A stretch of 64,000 nt of DNA, from the NCBI GenBank assembly GCA_951813565.1, contig OX638351.1, positions 3,328,001 through 3,392,000 of the forward strand. Reading direction: 5' to 3'. The position numbers and the translations under genes are program-made. Shown piece after piece: positions 52,301 to 60,915 of this stretch. The DNA is from an uncultured Poribacteria bacterium. GTDB lineage: Bacteria; Poribacteria; WGA-4E; WGA-3G. How positions within the stretch are numbered: the first letter of the stretch is position 1; every line of letters starts with the position of its first letter. Under the pieces are notes generated by a model. That model was given only the letters and a program-made list of their open reading frames with translations, was not told where the DNA came from and searched no databases.

Positions 52301-52352
52301 TGACAACTGGCAAAATAATGGAATAAACGATTTAGAGAATTTCATCAAATAG
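49332..52352 (+). CDS. gspD: T2SS secretin, copy 3 (most diverged middle region)
   Basis: Same architecture; N4-N6 region diverged from copies 1 and 2. Confidence 0.9.
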   Translation: MLCSNHYETLSMIKKYSNLLLASSKQNRNICSAFLVCFGLLFLMQGDLSAQQQGQMEVAERDEATGRAIRFNFNFTSRELKNVFEWLARETDLTIIASESDIQGKPFSLINLNNVTLDEVIEHIKTVLAQYNLTFVRVNSTLLITTFDKATVMNVPVKIIQADPEQVEMTDEIQTYIIQLENASASEQVGVLKPLLNRQANIFADAMTNSLVITDVASNVHRIVSILEFADEGERFPLKITIVPLTYADAEAVAQTLTRVFEDNKEDAKSARGQTGIDPEQIKQAIEQSLGVELIDGMIKVYADANSNSLVLKATEENLVILKELIRHLDRAPTLQTEIRTYSLKYASAEDVATTLEEIIIGESGQSTGSDDRWIAEKIRASRRERGEASNLYQGIVGTVNISRNDRLNIVVVSSDTRNFSIIEKLINELDQEQTQEEMRMYLLEFAKAEALAANMKDLFEGGSAGQDRNRPWWDRRDREPTENAGFGVQGAVHIVTDGRLNALLISTASQNFPLIEDLINRIDVNLPEQEWSTRIYKIKYVEAESVATLLNTVYKGQINIGGNRANYYSLSYYLRSRELVPDEVQGTLSSMTYAEPYPNLNAVMVSTGTNRNFELIEEFIRQIDIPTPEHHREVTESIRLEYATAENIAPILSQVWQDPQSEDQGFSFSRFFRSSSEESEPTDISSLYGKVTVFADPDTNSLVVTTRRRYLEQVRALIKKLDFVRGQVWIDIKILEVTLDETTKLGVEAAAKEKKLGGIDLSPSNPLVGEADAELGLEQEISGFNYSLATKEYMALLYTLIRQNKVKTISTPSLLTRDSKAATWSSGRRIPFLQSVDTNSILGDTATQPLFNYDFIDPPVGINIVLTPYITKSQVGEDGKRTIGLDITNISASNFIEFTDFNAPITDDNVLSVYIDVEDGQKLIVGGIIRKKQKQVENKVPILGDIPLLGRLFKSTETEVQDTEIVFIITPHIVDIQNPEDLEKLKQKADNWQNNGINDLENFIK

Positions 52353-52417
52353 TCCTTAGTAATGAAGGCCACTAATATTTGCAGTTATGCCTTTCGCGGG
52401 GCAGCCGTTAGCACTCC

Positions 52418-53776
52418 CCGTCAAACCCCCTGCCTTTAGGTAGGGGATGTAGACGGCGAAAGTTTTGATTTAAAATATACTTTTCAATCTAATCACAATG
52501 TGGTATAATATATCATACTATATTGTAGTTCTTGAAGTGATAAAAGAGTATATTGAAGGTCAAAGTGGTCAATGAGAAAATCTCACAAGTTCAAACTTCA
52601 ACACCAATCTAACACAATCAAACTCGGCAATATGCTTGATGATATGTGGGAAATCCATGTGCATATCGTGCGTTTAGCACGTAGGTATTATCGCATGTTC
52701 GGCAAAAATTTGTCTGCGTATCGTCTGAAGGCACACGTCACAAAACTTAAAAAGACAACTAAACCGCATTGGGCAGCCTTGCCGAGTCAAGTTGTGCCAG
52801 ACGTTGTCCTACGTTATGGTAAATCACAAGACGCATTTTTCCAAAATATAGCAAGCCGCAAATCAGGTAAAACAACGCGTAAAGTGGGTAGACCGAAAAT
52901 CAAACCGCGCCACAAATACAACTCCATGACCTTCACACAAGCGGGCTACAAACTTGAAGATAACCGTATCAAAATCAACTGTATAGATACATGGTTTTCC
53001 TACCACAAACACCGTGAAATCAAAGGTGTCATCAAGACGATCACCATCAAACGTGACAGGTGCGGTGACTATTGGATATGCTTTTCGTGCGAGAATGTTG
53101 ACGATCCCGAACCCAAACCCAAGACAGGTAAGAGCGCAGGATTTGATTACGGAAACAAAACATTCCTCACAAGCGACGAAGGGGACACAATAGAATCCCC
53201 GCAGTTTTTCAAACAATCACTCAACACGTTGCGATCTCTCAACAAAGCACTCAGTCGTAAAGTCAAAGGTTCTAACAACTATTATCGTGCGTGCCGTGCT
53301 TTAGCAAGGCAACACAGAAAAGTGGCACGACAAAGAGAAGATTGGCAATGGAAACTTGCCTCAAAACTTTGTGTAGAGTTTGACACACTCATTTTTGAAA
53401 CGCTGAACCTTGACGGTATGAAACGATTATGGGGACGTAAAGTTTCTGACCATTCTTTCTACCAGTTTCTTCAGATATTGGAACAGAAGTGTGCGAAGCA
53501 CGGCAAAAAACTTGTGCGAATCTCTCAATGGATAGCAACAACAAAACCTTGTAGTGATTGTGGATACCATAACAAAGAACTCTCTCTTTCTGATAGGCAG
53601 TGGACATGCCCCAAATGTGGCTCACACCACGACAGAGACATCAATGCTGCTATCAATATCAAACGGGCAGGCTTGGCTGCCTAAAGTGGAGCGACACTAA
53701 GACGGTCAACTCTCTGAGAAAACCGCAGTCGCAAGGAAGCACAAGCCCCTACCTTTAGGTAGTGGGTACCTATGAC
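52418..53776 (+). mobile_element. IS200/IS605-family non-autonomous (tnpB-only) element
   Basis: Subterminal hairpins CCCCTGCCTTTAGGTAGGGG (left) and CCCCTACCTTTAGGTAGTGGG...TGAC (right); no tnpA. Boundaries are approximate. Confidence 0.8.
52572..53684 (+). CDS. tnpB: RNA-guided endonuclease TnpB
   Basis: RuvC-I 'GFDYG', RuvC-II 'IFETL', zinc finger CSDC/CPKC, RuvC-III 'HDRDINAAINI'. Confidence 0.93.
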   Translation: MRKSHKFKLQHQSNTIKLGNMLDDMWEIHVHIVRLARRYYRMFGKNLSAYRLKAHVTKLKKTTKPHWAALPSQVVPDVVLRYGKSQDAFFQNIASRKSGKTTRKVGRPKIKPRHKYNSMTFTQAGYKLEDNRIKINCIDTWFSYHKHREIKGVIKTITIKRDRCGDYWICFSCENVDDPEPKPKTGKSAGFDYGNKTFLTSDEGDTIESPQFFKQSLNTLRSLNKALSRKVKGSNNYYRACRALARQHRKVARQREDWQWKLASKLCVEFDTLIFETLNLDGMKRLWGRKVSDHSFYQFLQILEQKCAKHGKKLVRISQWIATTKPCSDCGYHNKELSLSDRQWTCPKCGSHHDRDINAAINIKRAGLAA

Positions 53777-53794
53777 GTTGTTCCCACGTTTTTT

Positions 53795-54466
53795 TTATCG
53801 GGTATTCCGATAAAGTTTAGCAAGTCGTTCCAATGAGAAACCCAAAAAATAGAGAAAAGTGATAAGCCAATTTTTAGTTGTTGTTCGGACAATACCGTTT
53901 GCCTCCCACCGCCGTGCTGATATATGAATGCGAGGCTTAACCATTTTCGTTTTCCCTAACGTGCGTAATTCTTTAGAAAATCCCACCTCTTCCATAATCG
54001 GAACGTCAGGAAATCCACCGATACTCTGAAAGTCGTTTCTTGACACAAAAATCCCGCTATCCCCATAAAAAACTTTTAGATATTTACCGCGTATATCCGC
54101 GGCAATTTCAATCATGCGATACAGAATGTTCCTATCATCAATCTTTTGAAGAAACCCGCCACCGACATATCCCGATGATAGCGCTGTCTCGACTGCAGTA
54201 AACGCACCCGGTTCAAGCCACACATCTGCGTGTAAAAAAATTAGAATGTCACCTGTTGCTGCCGCTGCACCAGCGTTCAACTGTTTTGCGCGTCCTCGTT
54301 CGGATTTTACAACCTTCCCATACTTCTCTGCGATGCTGATGGAAGCATCTGTACTGCCACCATCTACAATAATAAGTTCATGGTTTTTCAATTCAGGCTG
54401 AAGTTGAGAGAGTGTTTTTTCCAATATCTTTGCTTCGTTCAGAATCGGAATAATGACTGATATCAT
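53795..54466 (-). CDS. GT2-family glycosyltransferase (TIGR04283-like)
   Basis: 'ISVIIPILNE', 'VDGGSTD', 'GRAKQLNAGA', 'FLHAD', 'YGDSGIF', 'SARRW'. Confidence 0.85.
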   Translation of the reverse strand: MISVIIPILNEAKILEKTLSQLQPELKNHELIIVDGGSTDASISIAEKYGKVVKSERGRAKQLNAGAAAATGDILIFLHADVWLEPGAFTAVETALSSGYVGGGFLQKIDDRNILYRMIEIAADIRGKYLKVFYGDSGIFVSRNDFQSIGGFPDVPIMEEVGFSKELRTLGKTKMVKPRIHISARRWEANGIVRTTTKNWLITFLYFLGFSLERLAKLYRNTR

Positions 54467-54492
54467 ATTATTTTATGCTACAACAAGACAAC

Positions 54493-54672
54493 ATCTCATA
54501 GATCACTTGTAGGGTAGGGTCTCTGTGCCCGCCCTGTCTTGGTTAAGGGAACAACGGGCGGGCACCAAATCACCGGGTCCGAATGCCCTTTGGCATTCCC
54601 CGGAGACCCGCCCCTACTATTGGATGATGTTGGAAAACGGAATAAAACCTAACAAAATTGGATTTATGAGAT
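54493..54672. repeat. Palindromic element with a GTAG REP doublet interrupted by a 36-nt micro-unit
   Basis: REP arm at 54509-54534; its complement at 54556-54617 is split by 54566-54601. Outer IR ATCTCATAGATC / GATTTATGAGAT. Confidence 0.75.
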
Positions 54673-54675
54673 ACT

Positions 54676-56391
54676 CTACGAAGTTTTATTGACATACTGA
54701 TTCAGTGCCAAGATCGGAAAAACGGAAGCGTAAATCGGATCGCTATACCCACCTATTACCTCCCAATAAATACCGACACAACTTTCTTCCCATGAACCGT
54801 TTTCTTTTTGATTCTTTAGGAGAAACGCAATTCCTTTTTGAGCAGATCGGTTTTCACGATCAACAAGTCCGAGAGCGTAGGTGCACCATGCTGTCTGTTC
54901 TACTGTGCTATCAGTAGGATTGCCGAACATATCTTCTCCCCAACCGCCATCCGTGTTCTGTGTCTGTTCCAACCAACGAATACCCCGTGCAATCTCAGAA
55001 GCTTCTCCGAATCCTGCTTTAACAAGTGCAGCAATCGCACATGCTGTTCCATAAGTGCGTTTTGCTAACCAAAGGTCATCCCAGAAGCCATCACGATGAA
55101 TAGTAGAGCGAAGCCATTGGATACCACGGTTTACAGATATTTCATTCTCACCGAACGCAAGCAACGCCTCAATTGCGTGCGCCGTGATACTAACACAACC
55201 GACATCACCTTGACCGGGTTGGTATGTGCTCCAACTCCCATCACTGCCTTGATTCTGTTTCAACCACTCAATTCCCCGTTGAATTGCGCTGTTTGCGTCT
55301 GTAGATGTAAGTTTTGCGCGAATTATGGCAAGAGTACCTAAAGCGGTGTCATCTGCATCACTTGGAAGAGAACTATCGCACATGCCAGAGAATGCCCAAC
55401 CACCGTTGTCATTTTGGTGATCAACAAGCCATTGTGCTGCTTCGCTGATTATATCTGAACTGTTGGAATAACTTGCACTGACTTCTGTTAAGGCGATGAT
55501 GCTTAAAGCAGTATCCCAAACATTGAGGTTTAGTGCCTCTCTGCACCCACCATCTGGGTTCTGCGTAGCACGTAGCCATTCAATCCCTTTTTCTATTAAC
55601 AGTTGAATTTCAGAATCAGCACTCCCATTTTTGTGGATTTCAATCAGTGCCAATACCGATAGTGCAGTGATATAGTTTACACGAAACCAACTGCCATCAC
55701 TCAAAACACGCGCTTTCAACCACGCTACCAATGAATTAATGATTTCAGGGCGTTTTGTTGTGTTCAGCTCTATTAAAATGAAGACGGGAACTAAAGTATG
55801 CTGTTCAGCGATAAACAATTCTTCAAAAAGAGGTGTGTTGAAAAGGTCAACGGGCGGGAGTTTGTTTCTCGGAGGTTTTAATAATGCACGCAGCGCTGGA
55901 ATACGCGTTAAAAGTTTGACGAACCTCATCAACGGCAAAGCCCTTTTAGAAACGGTTAATTTATACCAGTCAAACCGATTGAAAGATGCGTAGGAAAGTT
56001 TAACTAAAGCGAGGTCAAGCGGATAGTGCGGAATGCACGACAATGTTTCCTGAAGCCGTGGCGTTGACACATTTTCGGATACCTGTTCCAAAATTAATTG
56101 CGTAAACAACGTTGCATCCGGATTTGATTGATTTGCAGTATCCAATCCCCACGCGCCATCTTCATTCTGGTTTTTGATAAACCAATCAATTAATGCTTTT
56201 TCTGGTGTTTGTCCTTGTGTGAGTTGAATCCAAGCGTAAGCACAGGACGGAAACGTGCTTGAGGAAAGTTGTCCTTCAAAATTTCCGTTTGCATGCTGCT
56301 GTGTCAGGAAAAAATCAATAGCACGTGCTAAGGCAGATGTGGTTTGTTCCTTAATTTCTGAATTAGGTTGGAGGTTTCGGTTTTGCCGCAT
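54676..56391 (-). CDS. Class II terpene cyclase (squalene-hopene/sporulenol cyclase-like)
   Basis: Multiple QW repeats (QNEDGAW, QNPDGG, QNDNGGW, QGSDGSW, QNTDGGWGE, QKENGSW), 'VWDTAL', DxDD motif 'DADDTA'. Confidence 0.85.
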   Translation of the reverse strand: MRQNRNLQPNSEIKEQTTSALARAIDFFLTQQHANGNFEGQLSSSTFPSCAYAWIQLTQGQTPEKALIDWFIKNQNEDGAWGLDTANQSNPDATLFTQLILEQVSENVSTPRLQETLSCIPHYPLDLALVKLSYASFNRFDWYKLTVSKRALPLMRFVKLLTRIPALRALLKPPRNKLPPVDLFNTPLFEELFIAEQHTLVPVFILIELNTTKRPEIINSLVAWLKARVLSDGSWFRVNYITALSVLALIEIHKNGSADSEIQLLIEKGIEWLRATQNPDGGCREALNLNVWDTALSIIALTEVSASYSNSSDIISEAAQWLVDHQNDNGGWAFSGMCDSSLPSDADDTALGTLAIIRAKLTSTDANSAIQRGIEWLKQNQGSDGSWSTYQPGQGDVGCVSITAHAIEALLAFGENEISVNRGIQWLRSTIHRDGFWDDLWLAKRTYGTACAIAALVKAGFGEASEIARGIRWLEQTQNTDGGWGEDMFGNPTDSTVEQTAWCTYALGLVDRENRSAQKGIAFLLKNQKENGSWEESCVGIYWEVIGGYSDPIYASVFPILALNQYVNKTS

Positions 56392-56469
56392 CGCTTCATA
56401 TTTTGGGAATGAAATGTGAAAGAAGTATAGCATATTTAAACACACAAGACAACCTGTTTATTCTGTAGG

Positions 56470-56690
56470 CAGGGTTATTTAGTTCTCCATATTTTCGGTT
56501 ATTCTTGAATGCCCTCTTGCTGTAGGAGCGAGCTCCAGCTCGCGACTTTTTGACGAAAATGTGCAAAAACCCTAAAACTATAGTGGGCTTTAGAATTAAT
56601 CAGACACGCCGCACCAGCGAGGTTAGGAAACCTCGTCTACCGTGGGGGGAAGTGTCTAATTATTTTTAGGTTTCACTATAAATAACCCTG
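56470..56690. mobile_element. MITE family A copy with a nested TA-flanked element
   Basis: CAGGGTTATTT...AATAACCCTG ends; perfect 9-bp TSD TTCTGTAGG; inverted copy of the element at 17567. Confidence 0.85.
56581..56678. mobile_element. Small TA-duplicating MITE (IS630/Tc1-like ends)
   Basis: TAGTG...CACTA termini with an imperfect ~27-bp IR, inserted at a duplicated TA inside the family A TIR. Confidence 0.7.
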
Positions 56691-56768
56691 TTCTGTAGGT
56701 TCTTAATATAATGCTTGTCAATCAAAGGGAATTATGATAAGATAATACGCAATCAAAGGAGAAAGAAA

Positions 56769-57821
56769 ATGGCAATAGGATTAGGTGTTATCGGGATCAA
56801 TCCTACCAATATGGGTTCAACCGCAACATTGTTAAAAGATGTGTCGGACCTAAATTATGAACTTCGCGGCATCTGCGCGAGACGGGAAGACGTTCTCCAA
56901 AACTATGCTAAGAATATTGGAGTTGATTTCTGGACGACAGACTACCGTGAATTGATACAACGTGATGACATTACCGTGATTGCAGTTTATTCACCAGATC
57001 ATCTTCATGCTGAACATTGCATCGCCGCCATTGAAGTTGGTAAGCATGTGGTCTGCACTAAACCGATGGTAACAACGTTGGCAGATGCACAACGTTTGGT
57101 AGATTTAGTTCGGGAACAAGGTGTCAAATTCCTTGTCGGGCAAACAATGCGATTTGATCTGCAGTTTTTAACGATGAAGAGGCTCTATGACGATGGTGAT
57201 TTAGGTGACATTATGGTTGCAGATGCCTATTATGTCCACGATTTGCGCGATGTCTACGATTTTACACCGTGGCGGCTACATGCCCCACAGGACCTCATGT
57301 TTGGCGGTGTTGTGCATCCTGTTGATATTCTGCGCAGTTTTCTCGGCGATGTTGAAGAGGTTCATGCTTACGGCACAAAAGGCACACTCACGCCTGAGTA
57401 CCCTATAAAAAATAACTTCTTTCTCAACCTGAAGTTCAAGAGCGGCGTAATTGCCAGAGCAATGGGACTTTACGATGTTGTTCACCCGCCGATGCCGATG
57501 ATGCAAGTATCCATTTACGGTAGCAAAGGCACAATGATTGGTGACTTTACGGATAATAAAGGCGGGCAGGTAAAACTCATGCTTGATAAAATGTCTGCGA
57601 GAGAGCCTTTTGAGATGACATGTCCCCCTGAAGTTGACACGAGCGTTTATGGACATGGGCAAACAGTTATCCGATATATGCGGCATTTTCAGCAGTGTCT
57701 TGAAGAAGATTTAGAACCGTCTCCAAATGTAGTTGATGGCGCGAAGTCTATCGCTGTAGGTGTTGCAGCGTGGCAGTCGATTGAAACAGGAAAACCTGTG
57801 AAAGTATTTAACGAATTTTAG
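56769..57821 (+). CDS. Gfo/Idh/MocA oxidoreductase
   Basis: 'GLGVIG', 'SPDHLHAE', 'GKHVVCTKPM', 'GGVVHPVD'. Confidence 0.88.
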   Translation: MAIGLGVIGINPTNMGSTATLLKDVSDLNYELRGICARREDVLQNYAKNIGVDFWTTDYRELIQRDDITVIAVYSPDHLHAEHCIAAIEVGKHVVCTKPMVTTLADAQRLVDLVREQGVKFLVGQTMRFDLQFLTMKRLYDDGDLGDIMVADAYYVHDLRDVYDFTPWRLHAPQDLMFGGVVHPVDILRSFLGDVEEVHAYGTKGTLTPEYPIKNNFFLNLKFKSGVIARAMGLYDVVHPPMPMMQVSIYGSKGTMIGDFTDNKGGQVKLMLDKMSAREPFEMTCPPEVDTSVYGHGQTVIRYMRHFQQCLEEDLEPSPNVVDGAKSIAVGVAAWQSIETGKPVKVFNEF

Positions 57822-57854
57822 CGAGGCACGAACATTGAAAGTTCAAAATTTCTC

Positions 57855-57898
57855 TTGACGTTAGTTAGGTATTAATATATAATTTAGGTATGCCTAAA
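57855..57898 (+). promoter_or_regulatory. Sigma70 promoter overlapped by a DtxR/MntR-type operator
   Basis: TTGACG-17 nt-TATAAT (57855-57883), then palindrome TTTAGG-TATG-CCTAAA (57883-57898), upstream of the mntR-like gene. Confidence 0.8.
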
Positions 57899-58024
57899 AT
57901 AAATTCTCAACGTTTACAACAATTTTAGCATATATTGCCTAAAATCAGGTAGGTTTACCCTACCATATACCGCAAAATGAGGAATTACACGCGTCGCGTA
58001 CTTCCTTGCGGATTGGAAAGACGA

Positions 58025-58696
58025 ATGCTTACACAAGCGGCTGAGGACTACCTCAAGTCAATCTATAAGTTGCAAGAGAAGGGTGGCAAAGTTTCTACCG
58101 GTATTTTAGCAGAATATCTTGACGTTAAACCGGCGTCTGCAACAGGAATGATCAAAAAACTGAAAACGATGAACCTTGTGAGCCATGAACGCTATCAAGG
58201 TGTTACACTTACGGATGCAGGACAAGCTATCGCGCTTGAAATCATCCGGCACCATCGTTTATTAGAGCTTTATCTTTTCAAAGCGCTCGGTGTGCCGTGG
58301 GATGGCGTTCATGAGGAAGCAGAAAAGTTAGAGCATGTTATTTCAGAAGATGTGGAGGCGCGAATGGATGAGTTTCTCGGCTACCCTACTGCTGATCCAC
58401 ACGGTTCGCCGATTCCAGATAAAAACGGTGTTGTGCCAAAAAAAGCGTCTATGCCGATGACAGATTTACGGAACGGTCAATCCTGCGTTGTTGCTGAAGT
58501 AAGTGATAGCGATTCAGCATTGCTCCGACATCTGGGAAGTTTTAATCTTTACCCTGGCACAGCATTCCGGGTTATTGAGGTTGCCCCATTTGAAGGCCCC
58601 TTCACTATCGACATTGCTGGGCAGCAAGCAGTAATCGGGCGCGAGGTTGCAAAAAATATATTCGTTAATAATGTACAAGAAACAGATAATGTGTAA
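58025..58696 (+). CDS. mntR: DtxR/MntR/TroR metal-dependent repressor with FeoA domain
   Basis: 'EDYLKSIY', 'RHHRLLELYL', 'EAEKLEH', 'DPHGSPIP', C-terminal FeoA-like domain. Confidence 0.9.
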   Translation: MLTQAAEDYLKSIYKLQEKGGKVSTGILAEYLDVKPASATGMIKKLKTMNLVSHERYQGVTLTDAGQAIALEIIRHHRLLELYLFKALGVPWDGVHEEAEKLEHVISEDVEARMDEFLGYPTADPHGSPIPDKNGVVPKKASMPMTDLRNGQSCVVAEVSDSDSALLRHLGSFNLYPGTAFRVIEVAPFEGPFTIDIAGQQAVIGREVAKNIFVNNVQETDNV

Positions 58697-58737
58697 GCGC
58701 GCTTTGAAAGCGCGCTAATTATCACAAAGGACCTAAA

Positions 58738-59871
58738 ATGGAACAGCAGGAAAAGATTAAACCAGATGATAAAACTATCAAGACATGGAAACACCATCTA
58801 CAAGATGAAATAGATGCGAGTTTCCTCTATAGTGTTTTCGCCAACCTCGAACCAGACCCTGATCGGAAAGATATACTTCTTGAACTTGCTGAGGTGGAAA
58901 ATCGACATGTTGCACGTTGGGAGGAGATGTTAACTTCTTACAATGTCAAAATTAAGAAGCTCCGCCCAACATCAAAAGCAAGGTTAATGGCGTGGTATGC
59001 ACGGAAGATTGACAGAGCATTTCCACTTTCACGGATGCTGAACGAAGAGGCGAGTGAAGTTAAAGATTACCTAACATTGTATAAAAACAGTACGTTGGCG
59101 GATGCTAAAGAGACAGCACTTGATTTAGCTAAAGAGTCTGCAATGCATACTGAAAGTTTAAAAGAACTCACCGGTTCAAGTGATGAACCTTGGCACAAAA
59201 CTGAATCTGGGGGGATGTTAGGCAATATTGTTTACGGTTTTAATGATGGATTAACAGCGAACTTCGGTTTAGTTGCTGGTGTTATCGCTGCAACATCTGA
59301 TATTACCACAATTCTTGTGACGGGCATTGTCGGAACAGTAGCAGACTCACTCTCTATGGGGGCATCGGGATACCTCGCTGCGAAGAGCGAACAAGAGGTG
59401 TATGAACATGAAATTGAGTTAGAAAGGGAAGAAATTCGCCTCATGCCGGACATTGAGGAGGACGAACTCACACTTATTTATGCTACCCGAGGTGTGCCTA
59501 AGGAACATGCGCGACTCCTCGCAAAAGAAGTGATGAGTGATCCCGAAAGAGCATTAGAAGAAAAAATACAGGCTGAACTTAAGATTGGCGAAATCCACAC
59601 GACACCATTAAAAGATGGATGGGTTACAGGACTTGCGACTGCCATTGGTGCTTTCATACCTGTTGCTCCATTTCTTTTCACCTCTGGTGCAACAGCGATA
59701 TGGTTCTCTTTTTCTCTTGCAATGTTTTCGCACTTTGCAGTCGGTGCAGCACGCAGCCTTTTCACTGGACGTGGCTTAATTCGGAGCGGTTTTGATATGT
59801 TTGTTGTCGGTCTTGGCGTCGCAGGGGTCGGCTATCTTGTTGGTAAACTTTTAGAACGTTTTTTATTTTAA
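58738..59871 (+). CDS. VIT1/CCC1 family metal transporter with an N-terminal ferritin/rubrerythrin-like domain
   Basis: 'LAEVENRH', 'ESAMH', 'VYGFNDGL', 'SMGASGYLAAKSE'. Confidence 0.88.
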   Translation: MEQQEKIKPDDKTIKTWKHHLQDEIDASFLYSVFANLEPDPDRKDILLELAEVENRHVARWEEMLTSYNVKIKKLRPTSKARLMAWYARKIDRAFPLSRMLNEEASEVKDYLTLYKNSTLADAKETALDLAKESAMHTESLKELTGSSDEPWHKTESGGMLGNIVYGFNDGLTANFGLVAGVIAATSDITTILVTGIVGTVADSLSMGASGYLAAKSEQEVYEHEIELEREEIRLMPDIEEDELTLIYATRGVPKEHARLLAKEVMSDPERALEEKIQAELKIGEIHTTPLKDGWVTGLATAIGAFIPVAPFLFTSGATAIWFSFSLAMFSHFAVGAARSLFTGRGLIRSGFDMFVVGLGVAGVGYLVGKLLERFLF

Positions 59872-59894
59872 AATATTTTTTTGGAAATTGAATT

Positions 59895-60914
59895 ATGTTT
59901 AAAATATATCTTTCACTATCAAAAATGTTAACACGATATTTAAACGCGTTTACACTGCTAATACATATAATGTGTGTTGCACTTTTTCTTATTTCCATTT
60001 TGGCAAATATTGGGTGTGATTCAAAAAAGCCACCGAACACATCTGAGGCAGGAAAAATTCGTGTTGTTTGCACAATTGGTATGATTACGGACATCGTCAA
60101 AAATGTTGGTGGTGATCAGGTTGAAGTAATAGGTATGATGGGGCCCGGTGTTGACCCACACTTTTATAAACCGACTACTAAAGATTTCCAAAGACTAAGA
60201 TCAGCACACATCATCTTTTATAACGGATTACACCTGGAAGCAAAAATGGCAGACGTGCTTGCTAATATGTCGGGTGATACCAAAACCGTTGCTGTAACAG
60301 AGGGCGTTGATGAAAATCTGCTATTATCACCGCCGGAATTTGAAGGACAGTCCGACCCACACGTATGGTTTGACGTAACACTTTGGATGAAAGCTGTGGA
60401 AAAGATTCGCGACACTTTGCGTGAGTTTAATCCTGATGATGCGGCAGTTTATCAAAGCAATGCTGAACGTTACCTTGCGGAACTCGCGAAACTGCATGAA
60501 TACGTTAAAACACAAGTAGAACTTGTACCACCCGAACAACGTGTGCTCGTGACAGCACACGACGCTTTTAACTACTTCGGCAAGGCCTATGGATTTGAAG
60601 TACGCGGATTGCAAGGAATTAGTACCGTCACGGAAGCAAGTATCGCTGATGTGCAGAATTTAGCGGCCTTTATAGCAGAACGACGCATTCCTGCTATTTT
60701 TGTGGAAACAACTGTCTCTACACGGAGTGTTGAGGCAGTGAAAGCTGCGGTAAAATCAAAAGGGTTTGATGTGCAGATCGGTGGCGAGCTTTTTTCTGAC
60801 GCTATGGGCAATGAGGGGACACCTGAAGGCACTTATATCGGCATGGTTCGGCACAACGTTGGGACGATTGTCCAAGCATTGACAAGAGATACTGTTTCTA
60901 CGAAGGAAAACTAA
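59895..60914 (+). CDS. troA: Mn/Zn/Fe ABC transporter substrate-binding lipoprotein
   Basis: Lipobox-like 'NIGC', 'GVDPHFY', 'YNGLHLE', 'DPHVWFD', 'TAHDAFNYF', 'LFSDAMG'. Confidence 0.9.
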   Translation: MFKIYLSLSKMLTRYLNAFTLLIHIMCVALFLISILANIGCDSKKPPNTSEAGKIRVVCTIGMITDIVKNVGGDQVEVIGMMGPGVDPHFYKPTTKDFQRLRSAHIIFYNGLHLEAKMADVLANMSGDTKTVAVTEGVDENLLLSPPEFEGQSDPHVWFDVTLWMKAVEKIRDTLREFNPDDAAVYQSNAERYLAELAKLHEYVKTQVELVPPEQRVLVTAHDAFNYFGKAYGFEVRGLQGISTVTEASIADVQNLAAFIAERRIPAIFVETTVSTRSVEAVKAAVKSKGFDVQIGGELFSDAMGNEGTPEGTYIGMVRHNVGTIVQALTRDTVSTKEN

Positions 60915-60915
60915 A

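Noticed and set aside
42701..52352. Diversity-generating retroelement explaining secretin variation
   Set aside because: There is no reverse transcriptase or template repeat, and the differences are not adenine-specific.
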